Shown piece by piece: positions 1-9,821 of a stretch of DNA of 64,000 bases. The notes under the pieces are model-generated. The model did not search any database. It had not been told where the DNA came from and worked only from the letters and a program-made list of their open reading frames with translations. Positions within the stretch are counted from its first letter, which is position 1. Each line of letters begins with the position of its first letter. The stretch spans positions 301,638 through 365,637 of the forward strand of contig AP024682.1 in NCBI GenBank assembly GCA_025999395.1, given 5' to 3'. The position numbers and the translations under genes were made by a program. This DNA is from Candidatus Parcubacteria bacterium. GTDB lineage: Bacteria; Patescibacteriota; Minisyncoccia; UBA6257; JAGOQP01.

Positions 1-13
1 CTGCTGATTTTGG

Positions 14-66
14 CCCCCGCTTAATTTCCAGAAAAGTAAAAATTCTTGAAAAAGCGGGGGTTTTTT
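14..66 (+). terminator. Possible rho-independent terminator of the upstream (off-window) gene
   Basis: cccccgc (14-20) pairs with gcggggg (54-60), followed by a T-run at 61-66. The loop is unusually long (about 33 nt). Confidence 0.3.
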
Positions 67-108
67 ATCTTTCTTGTGATTTTTTGACTTTTATATTAAA
101 ATCGAAGT

Positions 109-453
109 ATGAAGATAACCATCAAAAACACTCAAATTTCTCCTTCACCAGCTTTAGCTGACTACATTCAGAAGAAATTCTCTTCTTTGTCAAAAATTAT
201 TAAGAAAATTGAGGAAAAATTTGTCCCTCATTTGAATATAGAAATAGCTCGAAGTACTAAACATCATCAGAAAGGGAACGTTTACTATGTGGAAATTAAT
301 TTGAAACTTCCCAAAAAAACTTTAAGAATAGAGCAATATGATAATCAGGTGAGAGTAGCGGTTGATAAAGCTAAAAAGAGATTGAAGGTGGCTTTGGAAA
401 GGTATAAGGAGGAGTTAGAGGAAGCTAAGGCAACTTCTTTAAAAGAAGAATAA
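109..453 (+). CDS. hpf: Ribosome hibernation promoting factor / ribosome-associated inhibitor A family protein
   Basis: 114 aa. The N-terminus MKITIKNTQISPSPALADYIQKKF matches the HPF/RaiA sigma-54 modulation protein pattern (MxIxIxGKNIELTxALREYVEKKL). Confidence 0.7.
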   Translation: MKITIKNTQISPSPALADYIQKKFSSLSKIIKKIEEKFVPHLNIEIARSTKHHQKGNVYYVEINLKLPKKTLRIEQYDNQVRVAVDKAKKRLKVALERYKEELEEAKATSLKEE

Positions 454-501
454 TAAATTTAATCCTTTTGAAATTATTTTTTTAGATTTCTTTACTTTTC
501 T

Positions 502-3126
502 ATGTCTTTATTCGACAGAGTCTTTTCTCCTTTAAAAAAATATCGCTCTTGGGTAAAGAAGATAAATGATTTAGAAAAAGAGGTTAGTTTCCTTTCTGAT
601 GAAGAATTAAAGAAGAAAAGTCTTGATTTAAAAGAAAAAATTCAACTTAAAAAAGTTTCTTTAGAAGAAGCTCTTCCTCAAGCTTTTGCTTTGGTAAGAG
701 AAGCAGCTAAAAGAACTCTTGGTCAAAGGCATTATGATGTTCAATTAATGGGAGGGATTGCTTTGTTTGAGGGAAAAATTGCTGAAATGGCAACGGGTGA
801 GGGAAAAACTTTAGCGGCCACCGCTCCCGCTTATCTTTATGGACTAACAGGGAAAGGAGTTCATGTTGTAACGGTCAATGATTATTTGGCTCAAAGAGAC
901 GCGGTTTGGATGGGGCAAATTTATAATTTTTTAGGGCTAACGGTTGGCTGTTTGAGTCATGACGCGGCTTATCTTTACGATGCAGACTATAAAAATCAGC
1001 AACTAGACAAAGAAAGAGACACCAAAGGAAGTTTTGAAGTAGTTCATGAATTTTTGCGACCCGTTTCTCGAAAAGAAGCTTATTTAGCAGATGTTCTTTA
1101 CGGAACCAATCATGAATTTGGTTTTGACTATTTGAGAGATAATTTAGCTTATCACACCGCCGATCAAGTTCAGCGGCGCCTCAGCCAAGAAGAAAAGCCC
1201 TTCTTTTACGCCATTATTGATGAAGTAGATAGCATTCTTATCGATGAAGCGCGTACTCCCTTGATTATTTCTGCTCCTGATACCCAAGCGGCTGATTACT
1301 ACAAGGTTTTTGCCAAAGTAGTTAGTTTTTTGAAGAAAGATGAAGATTATTTGGTGGATGAGAAAAATCATTTTGTTCAAATCACTGAGGCCGGCATTTC
1401 GAAGGTGGAGAAAATGCTGAATCTAAAAGATCTTTACGGTCCTCAAAATATTAAACTAGTTCATTACTTAGAGGAATCTTTAAAGGCTAAAGCGCTTTTT
1501 TTTAGGGATAAACATTACATTGTCAAAAATGGGGAGGTGGTGATAGTTGATGAATTTACTGGTCGGCTAATGTATGGCCGACGCTATTCGGGTGGTCTTC
1601 ATCAAGCCCTAGAGGCAAAAGAAGGAGTAAAAATTCAGGAAGAGTCAAAAACCTTTGCTCAAATCACTATTCAAAACTACTTTAGGCTTTATCAAAAGAT
1701 TGCCGGAATGACTGGAACGGCTCTTACTTCTAAAGAGGAATTTGAGAAAGTTTATGGTTTAGAAGTAGTAGTAATTCCTCCTAATAAACCTTTAATAAGA
1801 AAAGATCATCCCGATTTTATTTTCAAAACTAAAGAGATAAAGTATCGCCAAATAGTAGAAGAAGTAAAAAAGAGAGTTAAAAAAGGGCAGCCAGTTCTTG
1901 TGGGGACTACTTCAATTGAGGAAAACGAAACTCTTTCTTTATATTTTTCTCGAGCAGGGATTAAGCATCAAGTTTTGAATGCTAAGAATCACGAAAAGGA
2001 AGCTGAAATTATTGCTCAAGCGGGAAGAAAGGGAGCGGTGACTTTGGCTACCAATATGGCGGGAAGGGGAGTGGATATTATTTTAGGCGGCAACCCCCCT
2101 GATCCTAAAGAAGCTGAAGAAGTAAGGAAAGCAGGAGGATTGTTTGTATTGGGAACTAACCGTCACGAAGCTCGAAGAATTGACAATCAACTTCGCGGAC
2201 GAGCCGGCAGACAAGGAGATCCGGGAGAAACTCAATTTTTTCTTTCTTTGGAGGATGATTTATTAAGAATTTTTGGGGGAGAAAGAATTCAGCGGCTGAT
2301 GAGCAATTTTAATTTTCCAGAGGATCAGCCGATTCAATCCTCTTTAATTTCTAAAGTTGTTGATGAAGCCCAGAAAAAAGTAGAAGGGATTAATTTTGAT
2401 ATTCGTAAACATCTTTTTGAATTCGATACGGTTTTAAACAAGCAAAGACAAACTATTTATCGCCGTCGGCAGAATCTTTTAGAAAGAATAGAAAAAGGAG
2501 AAACAATTCAGATTGTAAAGGAGTTTATTGGAGATGTGCTGTTTAAAATAATTTCCGAAGAAGACTTTTCTTTTGAAACTAAAGAGGAAGATTTTTCTAA
2601 GGAGCCTCAAGAATCTCGGCCGGACCTTTCTCAAAAAGTTCAAAACTTTCTCTTGTCTTTGGGATTAGTTGAAGAAAAGGCCGAGCCTTTTAAAGAAGAT
2701 GAGTTAGAAAAAATAATAAGCGAAAAAATTTTTCCTGATTCTTTAGAAAAATCAATAGAAGCAAAAGTTTTGGCGGATAATCAGGCAGGATTAAAGATTT
2801 TATCGGCTTTGGATTTTCTCTGGATTGATCACTTAGAAAATTTAGAAGCGCTTTTAGAGGGAGTAAAAATTAGAGCTTATGGACAAAAAGATCCATTAGT
2901 AGAGTATAAAAGAGAAGCTTTTGAAATGTTTAAGGATTTGATTTTTAATTCGGAAATGATTGCTTTAACAAATATTTTTAAAAATGATAAAAAAGTAGAA
3001 GCAAACTTAAATAAAAAAGATTTTTCATTAAACAAAGATATCAACAAAAATTTTAAAAAAGTAGGTAGAAATGAATTATGCCCTTGTGGCTCCGGTAAAA
3101 AATTTAAAAAGTGTCACGGAACATAG
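502..3126 (+). CDS. secA: Preprotein translocase ATPase SecA
   Basis: 874 aa. Has the Walker A motif MATGEGKTL, DEAD-like motor motifs, and a C-terminal zinc-binding tail CPCGSGKKFKKCHG typical of SecA. Confidence 0.95.
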   Translation: MSLFDRVFSPLKKYRSWVKKINDLEKEVSFLSDEELKKKSLDLKEKIQLKKVSLEEALPQAFALVREAAKRTLGQRHYDVQLMGGIALFEGKIAEMATGEGKTLAATAPAYLYGLTGKGVHVVTVNDYLAQRDAVWMGQIYNFLGLTVGCLSHDAAYLYDADYKNQQLDKERDTKGSFEVVHEFLRPVSRKEAYLADVLYGTNHEFGFDYLRDNLAYHTADQVQRRLSQEEKPFFYAIIDEVDSILIDEARTPLIISAPDTQAADYYKVFAKVVSFLKKDEDYLVDEKNHFVQITEAGISKVEKMLNLKDLYGPQNIKLVHYLEESLKAKALFFRDKHYIVKNGEVVIVDEFTGRLMYGRRYSGGLHQALEAKEGVKIQEESKTFAQITIQNYFRLYQKIAGMTGTALTSKEEFEKVYGLEVVVIPPNKPLIRKDHPDFIFKTKEIKYRQIVEEVKKRVKKGQPVLVGTTSIEENETLSLYFSRAGIKHQVLNAKNHEKEAEIIAQAGRKGAVTLATNMAGRGVDIILGGNPPDPKEAEEVRKAGGLFVLGTNRHEARRIDNQLRGRAGRQGDPGETQFFLSLEDDLLRIFGGERIQRLMSNFNFPEDQPIQSSLISKVVDEAQKKVEGINFDIRKHLFEFDTVLNKQRQTIYRRRQNLLERIEKGETIQIVKEFIGDVLFKIISEEDFSFETKEEDFSKEPQESRPDLSQKVQNFLLSLGLVEEKAEPFKEDELEKIISEKIFPDSLEKSIEAKVLADNQAGLKILSALDFLWIDHLENLEALLEGVKIRAYGQKDPLVEYKREAFEMFKDLIFNSEMIALTNIFKNDKKVEANLNKKDFSLNKDINKNFKKVGRNELCPCGSGKKFKKCHGT

Positions 3127-3227
3127 GGATAAAGCAATAATGAAAATTATAATAGTTGGATATTCAAAATTTAGAAAAAATTACCGTTTTTAAATTTAAA
3201 AGGTTTTGTTAATTTTAATTAATCTTT

Positions 3228-4031
3228 TTATGGCTTAATAACACATTCTCCTGTTCCAGAAGCAATCGAACCACAAAGACGATTAGTGGGTGAGATTATT
3301 AAGGAGGAATATAAAGTTCCTGTAGCATTTACACAGGTTCCAGTAGGTGTTCTATAACTTTGGTAAGAACGATTAGCCATTAAAGAAGAGCCAGAATCAT
3401 TATAAACACATGAAGGATAATTATTATAATCTCTTCCCCCTCTCCAGAAAGCTTTTTGATTATGATTTAAAGAAAGACAGTAATAGTAAGAAGGAACTCC
3501 AGCATTATTTCCTGTATAACCTTCTGTTGCGCTAAGTGTTGGCATAGTATAGAAGCCGTTATTTGGAAGATAAACAGTTCCAGAACAATTAGTTGAGGAA
3601 TAATACCATGTAGAAGAAGCTCTTCCTTGAAAGGTGCTGCAATCTCCGGTTATCATATGCTTTTTTTGAAAGTTATTGATATATATTGTGCTATCACAAA
3701 AATTATCTGTTCCGGAGTCATAAAGAAGAACATTATTGGTTGGCATATAATCATATGAATTTCTTTCTCCGAAAATAACAATGGCGATTGTATTTAAAGT
3801 TTGTCCTCCAGCATTAATTCTGCCCCAAAAATCATAAATTCCAAGTACTCCTCCTATTCCTCCAAACTTTCCTACTAGCGTTGTTCCATCTGATTGGTAT
3901 ACATTTAATCGTTTATCGTAAATTGTATAAGAGAAAACTAGATGAGAAAAGAAAATAAAGGTTAAAATAAGGAAAAATAAAAAAATATATCTGATTTTTT
4001 TATTATCTATAAACTTTTTTTTAAATAACAT
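3228..4031 (-). CDS. Secreted/membrane-anchored Cys-rich protein; paralog of the C-terminal domain of the adjacent pilin-like protein
   Basis: Has an N-terminal hydrophobic anchor. Residues about 40-267 align with the C-terminal ~250 aa of ORF 4040..5965, for example LNVYQSDG, KHMITGDCSTFQGRASSTWYYS, YCLSLNHNQKAFWRGG and the ending NRLCGSIASGTGECVIKP. Confidence 0.6.
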   Translation of the reverse strand: MLFKKKFIDNKKIRYIFLFFLILTFIFFSHLVFSYTIYDKRLNVYQSDGTTLVGKFGGIGGVLGIYDFWGRINAGGQTLNTIAIVIFGERNSYDYMPTNNVLLYDSGTDNFCDSTIYINNFQKKHMITGDCSTFQGRASSTWYYSSTNCSGTVYLPNNGFYTMPTLSATEGYTGNNAGVPSYYYCLSLNHNQKAFWRGGRDYNNYPSCVYNDSGSSLMANRSYQSYRTPTGTCVNATGTLYSSLIISPTNRLCGSIASGTGECVIKP

Positions 4032-4039
4032 AAAATATT

Positions 4040-5965
4040 TTAAGGCTTAATAACACACTCTCCTGTGCCAGAAGCAATTGAGCCACAAAGGCGATTAGTG
4101 GGCGAGATTATTATTCCATTATATAAAGTTCCGGTAGCATTAATACAGGTTCCAGTGGGGGTTCTATAACTTTGATAAGAACGATTAGCCATTAAAGAAC
4201 CTCCATAATCGTTATAGAAACATGAAGGTGTATCTTGATAACGATATTCTCCTGGTGGATTACAGTATTTAAGATATGTACTATAACCGCCTCTCCAGAA
4301 AGCTTTTTGATTATGATTTAAAGAAAGACAGTATAAATAGTAGTTGTTTGCGTTATTGTTTATATCTGTACAAACATCATCTCCCCACCCTTCCCAGCCA
4401 CTATTAACTGCCATTTGGAATAAACTATTAATATAAACTGAACCGGTACAATTTGTTCCTGAATAATACCATGTAGAAGAAGCTCTTCCTTGAAAAGTGC
4501 TACAATCTCCGGTTATCATATGCTTTATTTGATTAGTTGATGAGGAAAGGTAGACGGTAAAATCACAAAGATTATCTACTACTCCACTGTAAATAAGAGC
4601 TTGATTAGTTGGCATCCCATTAGAAGAATCCCTTGTTGAATAAACAGCTCGGGCTTGTTGAGAGTTTCCAGCAGCAGTAAAATCATAAAGAATTGGTCTT
4701 CCTAGATCAATTAACTGTCCCACCAAATTTAATCCATCTGACTGATAAACATTTAAAATTCCTTCACCTACTGAATTATCAACATATCCTTTTGTTGCTA
4801 CATCGCTACTGGCAGTTGGAGAGGCGACATTGGTGATTTTGTAAGTAGGAGTTGCTCCCGAAAGCTTGATGTTGCCTGCTACCTCTAGCTTTTCTCCCGG
4901 TGTTCCTGTTCCAATGCCGACATTACCCGAGGCATCAATTTTTATTCCTCTTGCTGAACTACTCCATTGGCCGATCATAAGACTACCAGTATTTGATCCT
5001 CCCGATCCATAATAAATAAGACCAATATCTCCTGCTGATGACATTGGATTATATCCACCACTACCCAATTCAGCAATTGAAAATATTCTTGCCCCCCCAT
5101 CATCTCTTAAAAGAAGACCAATTTCGTTGGCATTTGAAGTATAAATATCTAATTTTGTTCCTCCTGCTGGAGTTGCTACTCCAATCCCAACATTGCCACT
5201 AACAATTAATCCGTTGGAGGGGGCGGTGTTAACTCCAGCATAACTTCCAATGGCTACTCCGCCGGCAACATCAAGTTTGTTTAAAAGAGTAGTCACACCA
5301 ATACCAACATTTCCAGAGAAGGAAGCATTCTTCCAGCGGTTCGAGGTTCCCACAGAGTAGGTATTGTCAACTCCGGGAATTAAATCAGAATCAAAGGTGG
5401 CTGCAGAAACACGAGAAACAGCAGAGCGCAAAGAACGGCGAATAGTGCTTCCCTCCACTTTATTAGCGGCTGACATTGCTAAATCGATTTGAACAATATC
5501 TTTGCCGGGGTATTGGGTAAGTTTCTTAAATTCAAGAGAATCAATAACAACTTTATCGCTGGTAATGGATTGAGGAGTACCACTGGCTCCTTCTTTTACA
5601 TAAATTCTGCCATTTTCCAAATAAATAGTAGTGGGATCAACGGCGCTATCTTTCATTCTTAGAGTTAAAGAGGTGGTTGGTGTGCCGGGAGTTATATCTA
5701 CCAAACTTGAGTTTCTAATAAGCCTTTGAATAGTTTGCATAGCAAAATTAAGCTGTCCTGAAATTTCTACTTGAGCGCTTTGTTCGGTTTGCACTTTGGT
5801 GACGCTTAAGAAAATGCCGGTAGCAACTGAGGCAACAATTCCCAAAATTCCTACATAAATAAGCATCTCCATCAAGGAAAATCCCTGATTGTTTTTGAAA
5901 AAACAAGAAGCAGAGGTTTTTTTCATGTTTTTAAAACCTTCTTTTTTAATTACATTGGGAGACAC
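4040..5965 (-). CDS. Large type IV pilin-like protein with Gly-rich fibre-like repeats and a Cys-rich C-terminal (putative adhesin/lectin-like) domain
   Basis: Has a class III signal: MKKTSASCFFKNNQG then FSLMEMLIYVGILGIVA, with Glu at +5 (the prepilin peptidase motif). The likely true start is the Met at about 5926. Repeated GNVGIGV...KLDV units resemble tail-fibre/glycoprotein repeats. The C-terminal domain is duplicated in 3228..4031. Confidence 0.65.
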   Translation of the reverse strand: MSPNVIKKEGFKNMKKTSASCFFKNNQGFSLMEMLIYVGILGIVASVATGIFLSVTKVQTEQSAQVEISGQLNFAMQTIQRLIRNSSLVDITPGTPTTSLTLRMKDSAVDPTTIYLENGRIYVKEGASGTPQSITSDKVVIDSLEFKKLTQYPGKDIVQIDLAMSAANKVEGSTIRRSLRSAVSRVSAATFDSDLIPGVDNTYSVGTSNRWKNASFSGNVGIGVTTLLNKLDVAGGVAIGSYAGVNTAPSNGLIVSGNVGIGVATPAGGTKLDIYTSNANEIGLLLRDDGGARIFSIAELGSGGYNPMSSAGDIGLIYYGSGGSNTGSLMIGQWSSSARGIKIDASGNVGIGTGTPGEKLEVAGNIKLSGATPTYKITNVASPTASSDVATKGYVDNSVGEGILNVYQSDGLNLVGQLIDLGRPILYDFTAAGNSQQARAVYSTRDSSNGMPTNQALIYSGVVDNLCDFTVYLSSSTNQIKHMITGDCSTFQGRASSTWYYSGTNCTGSVYINSLFQMAVNSGWEGWGDDVCTDINNNANNYYLYCLSLNHNQKAFWRGGYSTYLKYCNPPGEYRYQDTPSCFYNDYGGSLMANRSYQSYRTPTGTCINATGTLYNGIIISPTNRLCGSIASGTGECVIKP

Positions 5966-6039
5966 AACTTTTCTTTATTAATTTTACCAGCTTTAAAAAT
6001 AAAAACAAAGCAAGGTGTGGATAAACAAGAGAGAAGGAA

Positions 6040-6723
6040 TCAGAAGGATTTTAAAAGAATTACCTTGCCAATTATTTCTTTTTTGTCTATTAATCCAAAG
6101 CGAGTGGAATCCAGAGAACCTTCAATTTTATTTCCTAAAATTAAGTAGGTATTTTCTGGAATCACTGGATAATCTCTCAGATAAAGCTTTAAGATGGCTG
6201 ATCTTTCTTTAGGAATAAAATAAGGGATTTGTTGAGCGTTAGTTAAAATTTGATCGTTAACAAGGATTTGATAACCATCCTCTTCTTCTTTTAGTTGCCA
6301 TTTATCGTTGGGAAGAGCTTTTACAATTTTAATTAACCTTTGACCGTTAGGGTGCTGGTAAATAATTATATCGTTTCTTTGGACTGGGTGACATTGGTAA
6401 TAATTTTCAAGAACTTTTATTTTTTCTCCGCTTTCTACAATTCCTGACATTGAATCTCCTATTACTTCTTCTAAAAGAGTTTTAATTTGGCAATCTTTTT
6501 CTAAGGGGGCCTGATTTTTCTCTTCTGAATTGAAATTTTCTTTGGCGACTGAGGCAGATTTATTTTCGACTAATTTATCGGAGTTATCTTGGAAAGAAAT
6601 TTTATTGTCAGAAAAGGCGTCATCTTTTTGGCTAACTTTTAGAGAGAGGAAAAATAAGCCAAATAAGGCAATTAAAATCAAGGTCAAACTTCCTACTAAA
6701 ATCAGAATTGTCTTCAATTTCAT
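6040..6723 (-). CDS. lepB: Signal peptidase I
   Basis: Has an N-terminal TM segment. Shows the S26 boxes: GDSM (Ser box), IKIVKALPNDK (Lys box) and GNKIEGSLDSTRFG (E box, GDNxxxSxDSR-like). Confidence 0.8.
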   Translation of the reverse strand: MKLKTILILVGSLTLILIALFGLFFLSLKVSQKDDAFSDNKISFQDNSDKLVENKSASVAKENFNSEEKNQAPLEKDCQIKTLLEEVIGDSMSGIVESGEKIKVLENYYQCHPVQRNDIIIYQHPNGQRLIKIVKALPNDKWQLKEEEDGYQILVNDQILTNAQQIPYFIPKERSAILKLYLRDYPVIPENTYLILGNKIEGSLDSTRFGLIDKKEIIGKVILLKSF

Positions 6724-6803
6724 ATTTATTTTATAAGCTTGCGATAAGCGATTATTGTCATTATACTCTGAAAAAGAAGAGAGAGGTAGTTTTTATTTAT
6801 CTT

Positions 6804-8681
6804 ATGGATATTCGAAATTTTTGTATTATTGCTCATATCGATCACGGTAAGTCCACTTTAGCTGATCGCTTGTTAGAAATCACAAACACAGTTGATAAAA
6901 GACAGATGAAGTCTCAGTATTTAGATCAGTTGGAGCTAGAAAGAGAAAGAGGGATTACTATAAAGATGGCTCCCGTAAGAATGAAATATTTTTTTCGGGG
7001 GCAGGAGTATTGTTTAAATTTGATAGATACCCCTGGTCATCCTGATTTTGGATATGAGGTTTCTCGGGCTTTAGCGGCAGTAGAAGGAGCAATCCTTTTG
7101 GTTGATGCTACTCAAGGAATTCAAGCACAGACTCTTTCTAACTTTTATGCAGCTCAAAAAGCAGGCTTAAAAATTATTGGAGCGGTAAATAAGATTGATT
7201 TGGGAAGTTTTGATGTAGAAAAAGCGGTCAAAGAAACCGCTTCTCTTTTAGGAGTAGATGAAAGCGAAATTTCAAGAATTTCAGCTAAAACAGGAGCGGG
7301 AGTAAAGGAATTATTGGAAAGATTAATCGAAGAAGTTCCTCCCCCCCAGATTCAAAATCATCAGCAAATTTCTCGAGCTTTAATTTTCGATTCCTTTTAT
7401 GATAATCATAAAGGGATTGTTGCTACGGTAAGAGTTTTTGAGGGAAGTTTTAAAGCTAATCAGGAAGTTTTTTTGATCGCCGCTAAGGAAAAATTTAAGA
7501 TCAAGGAGGTGGGTTATTTTACTCCTCATCTTTCAGCTACCGACTCTTTGTCGGAGGGAGAAATTGGTTATTTAGTAACTGGTATAAGAGATCCTCATCA
7601 AGTAAAAATTGGAGATACCGTTATTTCGCTGAAAGCGAAATTGCAGACAAATAAAATTGGTGTTAGTGCTAATCAACATTTTGATTCACATCAGGCTGCA
7701 CTCTGGGCCCTGCCAGGTTATCGAGAACCCAAGCCAGTAGTTTTTGTTTCTTTTTATCCTGATAATCCTGACGAATACGAAAACTTAAAGAAGTCTTTGG
7801 AACGCCTTAAACTAAATGATTCTTCTTTTACTTTTGAACCGGACGCTAACGAAGTTTTGGGAAGGGGATTTAAAGGAGGATTTTTGGGGAAGCTTCATTT
7901 TGAAATTGTTCTCCAACGTTTGGAAAGAGAATTTGGAGTGAAAACAGTTACTTCTTTTCCTTCAGTGGCTTATAAAGTTAAATTACCCCCAGCTTCTTTA
8001 AAAAAGGATAATCTATCTAGGTTAGAAAAAGATGAAGAAGGTTTTTTGATTATTCGCAATCCCAAAGACTTGCCCGATAACTTTTTAGAGATTTGGGAGC
8101 CGATGATTAGGGTAGAAATTATTGCTCCTCATCATTTATTAGGAAGTCTTCTTCAATTAAAAGAAGCTTTTCGTTGGCAAGAAGTAAATACTAAGTTGAT
8201 AGGAGAAAAGGTTATTATCGAAACAAAAATGCCTTTGGCAGAATTAATTTCTGACTTCGATGATAGGTTAAAGTCGGTTTCGGGTGGGTTTGCTTCTTTT
8301 AGTTATCAAGAAGAAGGTTACCAAAAATCAGATCTGGCGAAATTAGAGATTCTGGTGGCTGGTGAAGTGGTCCCCGGGCTTTCTCGAATTTTACCTAAAG
8401 AAACTCTGGAAAAAGAAGCGCGAAAAATGGTTTTGCGTCTTAAAGAAATACTTCCTCGTCAGCAATTTAGCCAAGCTCTTCAAGCAAAAGCACAAGGAAG
8501 AATTATTGCTCGAGAAACTATCCCCGCTTTAAAAAAAGATGTGACTGGTTATCTTTACGGAGGTGATCGAACTCGGAAGATGAAGCTTTGGAAAAAACAA
8601 AAGGAAGGGAAAAAGAAGCTTTTGTCTTTGGCGCGGGTAAGAATTTCTCCTCAAGACTTTAAAAAGATTTTGTCTAAATAG
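6804..8681 (+). CDS. lepA: Translation elongation factor 4 (LepA)
   Basis: Starts NFCIIAHIDHGKSTLADRLL (G1 motif) and continues with DTPGHPDF. About 625 aa. The annotated ORF starts at 6708, but the conserved start is the Met at 6804. Sits in the classic lepA/lepB neighbourhood. Confidence 0.9.
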   Translation: MDIRNFCIIAHIDHGKSTLADRLLEITNTVDKRQMKSQYLDQLELERERGITIKMAPVRMKYFFRGQEYCLNLIDTPGHPDFGYEVSRALAAVEGAILLVDATQGIQAQTLSNFYAAQKAGLKIIGAVNKIDLGSFDVEKAVKETASLLGVDESEISRISAKTGAGVKELLERLIEEVPPPQIQNHQQISRALIFDSFYDNHKGIVATVRVFEGSFKANQEVFLIAAKEKFKIKEVGYFTPHLSATDSLSEGEIGYLVTGIRDPHQVKIGDTVISLKAKLQTNKIGVSANQHFDSHQAALWALPGYREPKPVVFVSFYPDNPDEYENLKKSLERLKLNDSSFTFEPDANEVLGRGFKGGFLGKLHFEIVLQRLEREFGVKTVTSFPSVAYKVKLPPASLKKDNLSRLEKDEEGFLIIRNPKDLPDNFLEIWEPMIRVEIIAPHHLLGSLLQLKEAFRWQEVNTKLIGEKVIIETKMPLAELISDFDDRLKSVSGGFASFSYQEEGYQKSDLAKLEILVAGEVVPGLSRILPKETLEKEARKMVLRLKEILPRQQFSQALQAKAQGRIIARETIPALKKDVTGYLYGGDRTRKMKLWKKQKEGKKKLLSLARVRISPQDFKKILSK

Positions 8682-8734
8682 ATTAAGGGGTTATTTTCTT
8701 TTGGAGAAAAATTATTTGGAGTATAATAAAAACA

Positions 8735-9007
8735 ATGACTAGTTTTAAGAAATTGATTTTAGTGGTTTTTTTGGGGCTGATGGTAGCGGGATTAATGACG
8801 AGTGCTTTTTTATTAACCAAAAAAGTAAAAGAGTTCTCAAAAACTTACAAAGATCTTTCCGCTCAGATTAATAATTTAGCGGAAGAAAATTTGATTATTG
8901 AAAGGGATATAAAGTACTATCTTAACCCGCGCAATTTGGAAAAGAAGTTAAGAGAAAAGTTTAATTATAAGCATCCTTCAGAAAAAATGATTATTGTTGT
9001 GCCTTAA
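8735..9007 (+). CDS. ftsB: Septum formation initiator (FtsB/DivIC-like) protein
   Basis: 90 aa with a single N-terminal TM segment and then a coiled coil. The C-terminal NPRNLEKKLREKFNYKHPSEKMIIV resembles the FtsB DPxYIEExAR..PGE motif. Confidence 0.6.
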   Translation: MTSFKKLILVVFLGLMVAGLMTSAFLLTKKVKEFSKTYKDLSAQINNLAEENLIIERDIKYYLNPRNLEKKLREKFNYKHPSEKMIIVVP

Positions 9008-9088
9008 ATTTAAAAATCTAATGTTGAGTATTATTAGCAACAAAAACAACAAAATTTATTTTGATTTAAAATTAAATTACTTTTTAAA

Positions 9089-9673
9089 ATGAAGTTTGAA
9101 TTATCTGAATTTTTAAAAAACAAAAAAGTTATCGGGTTAGCGTTGGGATTAGGTGGAATTTTAATTGTTTTTTTAATAGTTTTTACTTTTGGTTTGTGGC
9201 CGGTAGCCTTTGTAAATGGAGCGCCAATTTTTGCTTTTCAGTATCAAAAAGCTACTGACTTAGCCTTTAATTATTTTGCAAACTATTCTTCCAATGACCA
9301 AAGTAAAGAGAAATTAAAGGAAGGTTCAAGGGCAATTGCTTTGGAAGGCTTAATCGACGAAATTCTAATCGATAAAAAATTAAAATCAGAAATGAAAAAG
9401 AGTGAATTGGAAGAAAAAATAGAAAATCACATAAAGCCATTTTTAGATGATCAAGAGGCTCGTCGCTTGCTTTCCAAGCTGATTCGGTTGCCTGAAAAAG
9501 ATATCATTCGCTACTTTCTAAGAATTCAGGCCAAGAATCAAATTTTGGATAGCCGACTAAGATTAGAAAAAAAAGATTTGATCTCTTGGTTGATTGAAGA
9601 AAGAAAAAAGGCAAAAGTAATTATTCTTGTCCCCGGAATCAAATGGACCGAAGAGGGAGTAAAATTAATTTAA
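9089..9673 (+). CDS. Hypothetical membrane-anchored protein, possibly a SurA N-terminal-like chaperone domain
   Basis: N-terminal TM segment followed by a Lys/Glu-rich helical domain. The assignment is weak. Confidence 0.3.
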   Translation: MKFELSEFLKNKKVIGLALGLGGILIVFLIVFTFGLWPVAFVNGAPIFAFQYQKATDLAFNYFANYSSNDQSKEKLKEGSRAIALEGLIDEILIDKKLKSEMKKSELEEKIENHIKPFLDDQEARRLLSKLIRLPEKDIIRYFLRIQAKNQILDSRLRLEKKDLISWLIEERKKAKVIILVPGIKWTEEGVKLI

Positions 9674-9723
9674 TTTATTTTTTAAATTTAGATTTTTTAA
9701 AAAAGTTTTAAAAGGATAGGAAG

Positions 9724-9794
9724 AGCGAGTGAGGGGAATCGAACCCCCGCCTGTTCCTTGGGAAGGAACTGTTCTACCACTAAACTACACTCGC
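9724..9794 (-). tRNA. tRNA-Gly (anticodon CCC)
   Basis: A manual cloverleaf works on the minus strand. Acceptor GCGAGTG/CACTCGC, D-stem GTTT/GAAC, anticodon stem GTTCC/GGAAC with loop TTCCCAA, and T-loop TTCGATT. No encoded CCA. Confidence 0.8.
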
Positions 9795-9821
9795 GCATTA
9801 GATCATAGGATAGTTTAGTTT

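Noticed and set aside
1144-1380. 78-aa minus-strand ORF
   Set aside because: It is antisense inside secA and has no independent signal.
6015-6736. 65- and 68-aa plus-strand ORFs
   Set aside because: They are antisense to lepB.
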